Assembly (NCBI GenBank): GCA_041648595.1
Contig: JBAZOQ010000002.1
Span: forward strand, 10,446-74,445
Source of the DNA: Minisyncoccota bacterium
Lineage (GTDB): Bacteria; Patescibacteriota; Minisyncoccia; Phycocordibacterales; UBA9973
Length of the DNA stretch: 64,000 nucleotides
Direction: 5' to 3'
Position numbers and translations under genes: made by a program. Under the pieces are notes generated by a model. That model saw only the letters and a list, made by a program, of their open reading frames with translations. It was not told where the DNA came from and ran no database searches. Shown in pieces: positions 59,969 to 64,000 of the stretch (its first letter is position 1; every line of letters starts with the position of its first letter).

Positions 59969-61096
59969 TTATTGTAACTTTCTCAATGCTAAACCTATTG
60001 CAACTGCAAATTCTGGACCTGTTGTTTCTAAAACTTTTCTCAAAAACTCTGGTGCAGCAACTTTAGAAAAAGGATGCCCTATTTCTATTTCTGCTCGAAA
60101 ATTATTAGAAGCCATTTCTTTTAATCCTTTTAATTGTGATCCACCTCCTGTAAATATTACTTTACTAATAGTTCTATCATATCTCTTTTCATATCCTAAT
60201 AATACATTATTAGTTTCTGAAAAAATATAATCTATATGTACTTTAATTATATCTGCCAAACTTTTTTCTGCAGAATTTTCAAAAAGACCAAATTCTTTTT
60301 TCATATCTTCAGCTTTTGAAAATGGTATGCCTAAAGATTGAGAAATTGATGAGGAAATATCTGCTCCACCACGATTTATTGTATGATAACTTTTAACCAT
60401 ACCAAATTCTACAAGAGAAAGTTTCGTACTCGATGCACCAAAATCAATTAAAAGAACAAAAGAAAGTTCATGCTCAAAATTTGACCTAACCGAAGAAAAA
60501 ATTTCAATTTCAAAAAAATCAGATTCCAAACCACAGTCTGTAGAAATAGAACGATATTTTGAAATTGCGTCATTCTGAATTGCAACAACAAGTACTTCTG
60601 TATTTTCTGATAAATTAGAAGCTGAAGCTGGATTGTTCGCTTCTTCAAAAGAAGATTCCTTTTTAGGTAATATAAAATAATCAAGAGAAACTTCTGTCAT
60701 GGGTAATGGTATATACTTACGAGCTTCTGTTGGAATTATTTGTGGTATTTCACTTTCTTTAACCTGTGATGGAAGCGAAATAGGAAAAATTAAACTTGAT
60801 TGTACTGGAATAGAAAAAGCAGAAGAAACTGTCGTCACGCCAGCTTGTTTCAAAACTTCTTTTAAAGCCTCAACTGTTTTATCGGTTGGAAGATTTGTCA
60901 CACGTCCCACATCCACACCAGCATAAGAACCCAATGCAATAGAACCATAAGTCTCAAGAACTGCTTTTCCTCCTTTTTTCTTTATTTCAACAACTTTAAT
61001 AGAAGAAGAACCAATGTCTATACCAACAGCACTATCATTTCCTTCTTTAGCAAAAAAGTTTATATTTGAAAAAAATTTTTTGATTGGATTATCCAT
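59969..61096 (-). CDS. pilM: Type IV pilus assembly protein PilM
   Basis: VGIDIGSSSIK, IDFGASST, TGGGS, AIGLALR. Confidence 0.93.
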   Translation of the reverse strand: MDNPIKKFFSNINFFAKEGNDSAVGIDIGSSSIKVVEIKKKGGKAVLETYGSIALGSYAGVDVGRVTNLPTDKTVEALKEVLKQAGVTTVSSAFSIPVQSSLIFPISLPSQVKESEIPQIIPTEARKYIPLPMTEVSLDYFILPKKESSFEEANNPASASNLSENTEVLVVAIQNDAISKYRSISTDCGLESDFFEIEIFSSVRSNFEHELSFVLLIDFGASSTKLSLVEFGMVKSYHTINRGGADISSSISQSLGIPFSKAEDMKKEFGLFENSAEKSLADIIKVHIDYIFSETNNVLLGYEKRYDRTISKVIFTGGGSQLKGLKEMASNNFRAEIEIGHPFSKVAAPEFLRKVLETTGPEFAVAIGLALRKLQ

Positions 61097-61098
61097 AT

Positions 61099-61139
61099 TT
61101 TTTCCGCCAGTAGGCGGATCCGCCTACTGGCGGAAAATT
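61099..61139. repeat. TCCGCC/GGCGGA palindrome
   Basis: TTTTCCGCCAGTAGGCGGATCCGCCTACTGGCGGAAAA; relatives at 52340-52372 and 19641-19678. Confidence 0.75.
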
Positions 61140-61174
61140 ATGCTAAAATACATCTTCAGTATATCATATACTTG

Positions 61175-61243
61175 TCCCGTTAGAAATTCACTTAAGGGGA
61201 TAATTATATAATACAACAATTATTATTAATAATTTCTAATGGG
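61175..61243. mobile_element. CCCGTTAG MITE abutting the comF start codon
   Basis: TCCCGTTAGAAATT...AATTTCTAATGGG|ATG; no duplication visible on the left flank. Confidence 0.65.
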
Positions 61244-61939
61244 ATGAAATTTTTAGACACTATATTAAATATACTTTTCCCTGTTAATTGTATTTCTTGC
61301 AAAAAAGAAGGTTCAGACTTGTGCACAAAATGCCTTTTAAGCTCTCCCCCAGCCTACAGAGAAAGTGTTAACTGGATATTTCCACTATTTGACTATCGTC
61401 ATATACCTATCAAAAAATCTATATGGCTCTTAAAGTATAAGAACAAAAAAAGACTAGCAAGTGTTTTTGCAGAGATTATGTATGGCAAAATCACAGAAGA
61501 ACTCTCAGAATTAAGCATAATGAGTAATTTTCGTGAATCAATATTAATCCCTATCCCACTATCTAAAAAAAGATATAGAGAACGTGGATATAATCAAGCA
61601 CAATTAATATGTGAAGAACTAATAAAAATAGACAAAGAAAATAATCTACGCTATAGCGTAAATGTAAAATTAGGAAAAAATTCAAATAATTTCAAATTAG
61701 AAAATAATGTTTTAATAAAAATAAAAGAGACAGAACACCAAGCAAATATAAAAGAAAGAAGAGATAGATTAAAAAATCTGATTGGATCTTTTTCTGTAAA
61801 AAATCCTGAAATAATAAAAAATAGAAATATAATCCTTATAGATGACGTCCTAACAACAGGAGCTACACTCACTGAAGCTAAAAAAATATTAAAACAATCA
61901 GGTGCAAGAAAAATAATTGCTTTCACAATAGCACACTAA
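61244..61939 (+). CDS. comF: ComF-family competence protein (PRTase fold)
   Basis: CxxC..CxxC, RGYNQA, LIDDVLTTGAT. Confidence 0.92.
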   Translation: MKFLDTILNILFPVNCISCKKEGSDLCTKCLLSSPPAYRESVNWIFPLFDYRHIPIKKSIWLLKYKNKKRLASVFAEIMYGKITEELSELSIMSNFRESILIPIPLSKKRYRERGYNQAQLICEELIKIDKENNLRYSVNVKLGKNSNNFKLENNVLIKIKETEHQANIKERRDRLKNLIGSFSVKNPEIIKNRNIILIDDVLTTGATLTEAKKILKQSGARKIIAFTIAH

Positions 61940-62072
61940 TTTTTGTCCACTATCTTTACATATGAAAAGTTAGTAGACAAAAAAAGAAAGCATTGCCTCC
62001 ACTTGTTATTACACATTAAAAACGAAAAAATCCACTTACCTGAATTTTTCCATTCAAACAAGTGGATTTCAA

Positions 62073-62663
62073 TTATTTTTTTCTCTTAGAAGTTAATTTA
62101 GAAATTAATTCACCCCTAGGATCAAAAAATCTCGTAAATAATTCGAGTATTTTTTCTCGAATTACCCACTTTTTCCAATAAAAACTTTTATGAAGCTTTT
62201 GAAAATATTCAATCCAGTAAACTTTACCGTTAGACATCTTACAAAGAATATACTCTGTAGTTAAAATATCACATCCATTTATTTTAAAACCTTTTAATAA
62301 AGCTTTTATGTGCAAAGCTTGTCTTGAATCTGTCACAAAAATGAATCTTTCTTCAACCTTCTTTTTTATCCATTCAATTTGTGACGGAGTATCGAAAGTA
62401 TACTCTTCTATAAGAATAATTTCTTTTGGGATGCCTCTTTCTATTAAATACTCTCGCATTAATTCAGCAAAAGATTTTTGCATTTTTCTAAGTTTTCCTC
62501 CTCCTACTATTATTCTCCAAATCTCATTATTTCGGAAAAGAACAACAGCCGCTTCTAAGCGATTTTCAGTGTCCCAAAACAGCCCTGAATGTTTTTTATT
62601 ATCTTCAAAACCAGGTGCTATAATTATTGTTTTAGGATATCCTAATTCTTCTTGAACTTTCAT
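62073..62663 (-). CDS. YdcF/DUF218-family protein
   Basis: RLEAAV..IIVGGG..AELMREYLIERGIP..E...DT. Confidence 0.75.
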   Translation of the reverse strand: MKVQEELGYPKTIIIAPGFEDNKKHSGLFWDTENRLEAAVVLFRNNEIWRIIVGGGKLRKMQKSFAELMREYLIERGIPKEIILIEEYTFDTPSQIEWIKKKVEERFIFVTDSRQALHIKALLKGFKINGCDILTTEYILCKMSNGKVYWIEYFQKLHKSFYWKKWVIREKILELFTRFFDPRGELISKLTSKRKK

Positions 62664-62797
62664 TTTTTCCTCCTCGGAAAATTTTTTGATTAGATTATTT
62701 AATTATTTAGAACATTTTTACCTACACATATGATATCATATATTGTCTTTTTTGTCAACATTTTGTTATTACTTCTGTATTCCTATATAATAAAAGA

Positions 62798-63985
62798 ATG
62801 AAATATTGTAAAGATTGCGAACCAGCACAGGAAATACACTCCATAGCTTATTTTTCTGTAGTAATGAGTTATATAAGTGATCCATTTTTTGGTTTCATGG
62901 AAAAACTTTTTAAAAATACAGCCGAAGCCATATCAAATAAAACTTCCATTCCCTTCATGAAGCTAATGGTCTTTTTAAGACTTGGATATTTTTCTGACAA
63001 ACCAGACGAAAAAGATAGCTTCCGTACAAAATGTTTCTGGGATGAAGCTATAAGACGTGGAATAAAAATGACTGAATTTCATATGGGAATAATAAAAGAT
63101 GCATTTATTGCAGAATACAAAGACAAAATAATAACTTTCGATGGCCTACCACGTCCTGAATATTTAGAATCTGATTCAATAGACTGGATGGATAATAAAG
63201 GAATAATGAAAATAAAATTCTTAAAAGAAGGATTGCCTTTAGCAAAAGGTGGCGTAGCTTTCACAAAAAGAAAAGCACTCAAAATTTTTAATGGAATAAC
63301 AAAACCAGTTATTACGAAACCAAACTTGGGTTCACGTTCTCGTCACACTCTCATACATATAGATACAGAAGAAAAACTTCTTTATGGATTTAAAAAAGCA
63401 AAAAAACTTTCTCCATTAGTCGTAATAGAAGAAGAATTACAAGGTTATCTTTTCAGAGCAACCTTAGTAGGAGGAAAATTAGTAGGAGTCGTCAGACGTG
63501 ATCAACCAGAAGTAAAAGGAGATGGAATACATACATTACAAGAATTAATGAATAAAGAAAATGAAAGACCAGAAAGAGCTGGACCAATATTTCATAAAAT
63601 TGTTATCGATCCTGATGCAGAAACAGAATTAAAACGAGAAGGAATAGGAATGCAAAATATTCCAGAAAAAGATAAAATAATTACATTTTCACAAAAGACT
63701 AGTAGAGGTATCGGTGGATCAACAACAGAAGTCACAGACTTGATACATCCTGAAAATATAAAAATGTTAGAAAAATTAGGAGCTTATCTAAAAGACCCAT
63801 TGGTTGGTGTAGATTTCATAATTGAAGAAATAACTAAATCATGGAAAGAAGAACAACATTGTGGAATAATTGAATGTAATTCTTTACCGTTTATTGACCT
63901 ACATCACTACCCTCTTTTTGGTAAACCAAATAACGTTGCTGCAAAACTTTGGGATCTCGCAATGCCAGAATCTAAAATAGAATAA
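62798..63985 (+). CDS. ATP-grasp ligase (cyanophycin synthetase / GshAB C-terminal-like)
   Basis: ITKPNLGS, VIEE, GDGIHT, GVDFI, IIECNSLP. Confidence 0.8.
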   Translation: MKYCKDCEPAQEIHSIAYFSVVMSYISDPFFGFMEKLFKNTAEAISNKTSIPFMKLMVFLRLGYFSDKPDEKDSFRTKCFWDEAIRRGIKMTEFHMGIIKDAFIAEYKDKIITFDGLPRPEYLESDSIDWMDNKGIMKIKFLKEGLPLAKGGVAFTKRKALKIFNGITKPVITKPNLGSRSRHTLIHIDTEEKLLYGFKKAKKLSPLVVIEEELQGYLFRATLVGGKLVGVVRRDQPEVKGDGIHTLQELMNKENERPERAGPIFHKIVIDPDAETELKREGIGMQNIPEKDKIITFSQKTSRGIGGSTTEVTDLIHPENIKMLEKLGAYLKDPLVGVDFIIEEITKSWKEEQHCGIIECNSLPFIDLHHYPLFGKPNNVAAKLWDLAMPESKIE

Positions 63986-64000
63986 AAACCAAAAGCAGCT

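Overview
AT-rich (code 11) chromosome segment of a Candidate Phyla Radiation / Parcubacteria-type bacterium. The assignment is inferred from the truncated PheS/PheT, the short SMC, the NusB-NUDIX fusion and the type IV pilus locus. Housekeeping genes: copA/csoR, rpoD-dnaG, rpoBC, rpsP-khpA-trmD, rnr, smc-rnc-nusB-rpmF, thrS, gyrB, pheST, ligA, tRNA-Ser(GGA) and a large type IV pilus/competence locus. Accessory content: (1) a complete diversity-generating retroelement (target/VR, TR, avd, RT). Its avd and RT genes overlap head-to-head and share one C11/G11 tract; removing one base puts both genes in frame, so this may be a single phase-variable switch. (2) Two orphan RNase toxins (PemK/MazF and NYN), each facing a convergent small RNA with its own promoter and terminator. 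(3) A MITE family inserted exactly at start codons and duplicating ATGNN. (4) Many short palindromic elements inserted in frame inside essential genes. (5) Two Cas2/PaaX-like genes, each bracketed by a pair of ~35-bp palindromes. (6) An island that replaced the 3' end of trmD. (7) A methylase-REase-ATPase/HEPN-DUF2779 defence operon. All calls come from motif reading and hand alignment; no database search was run.
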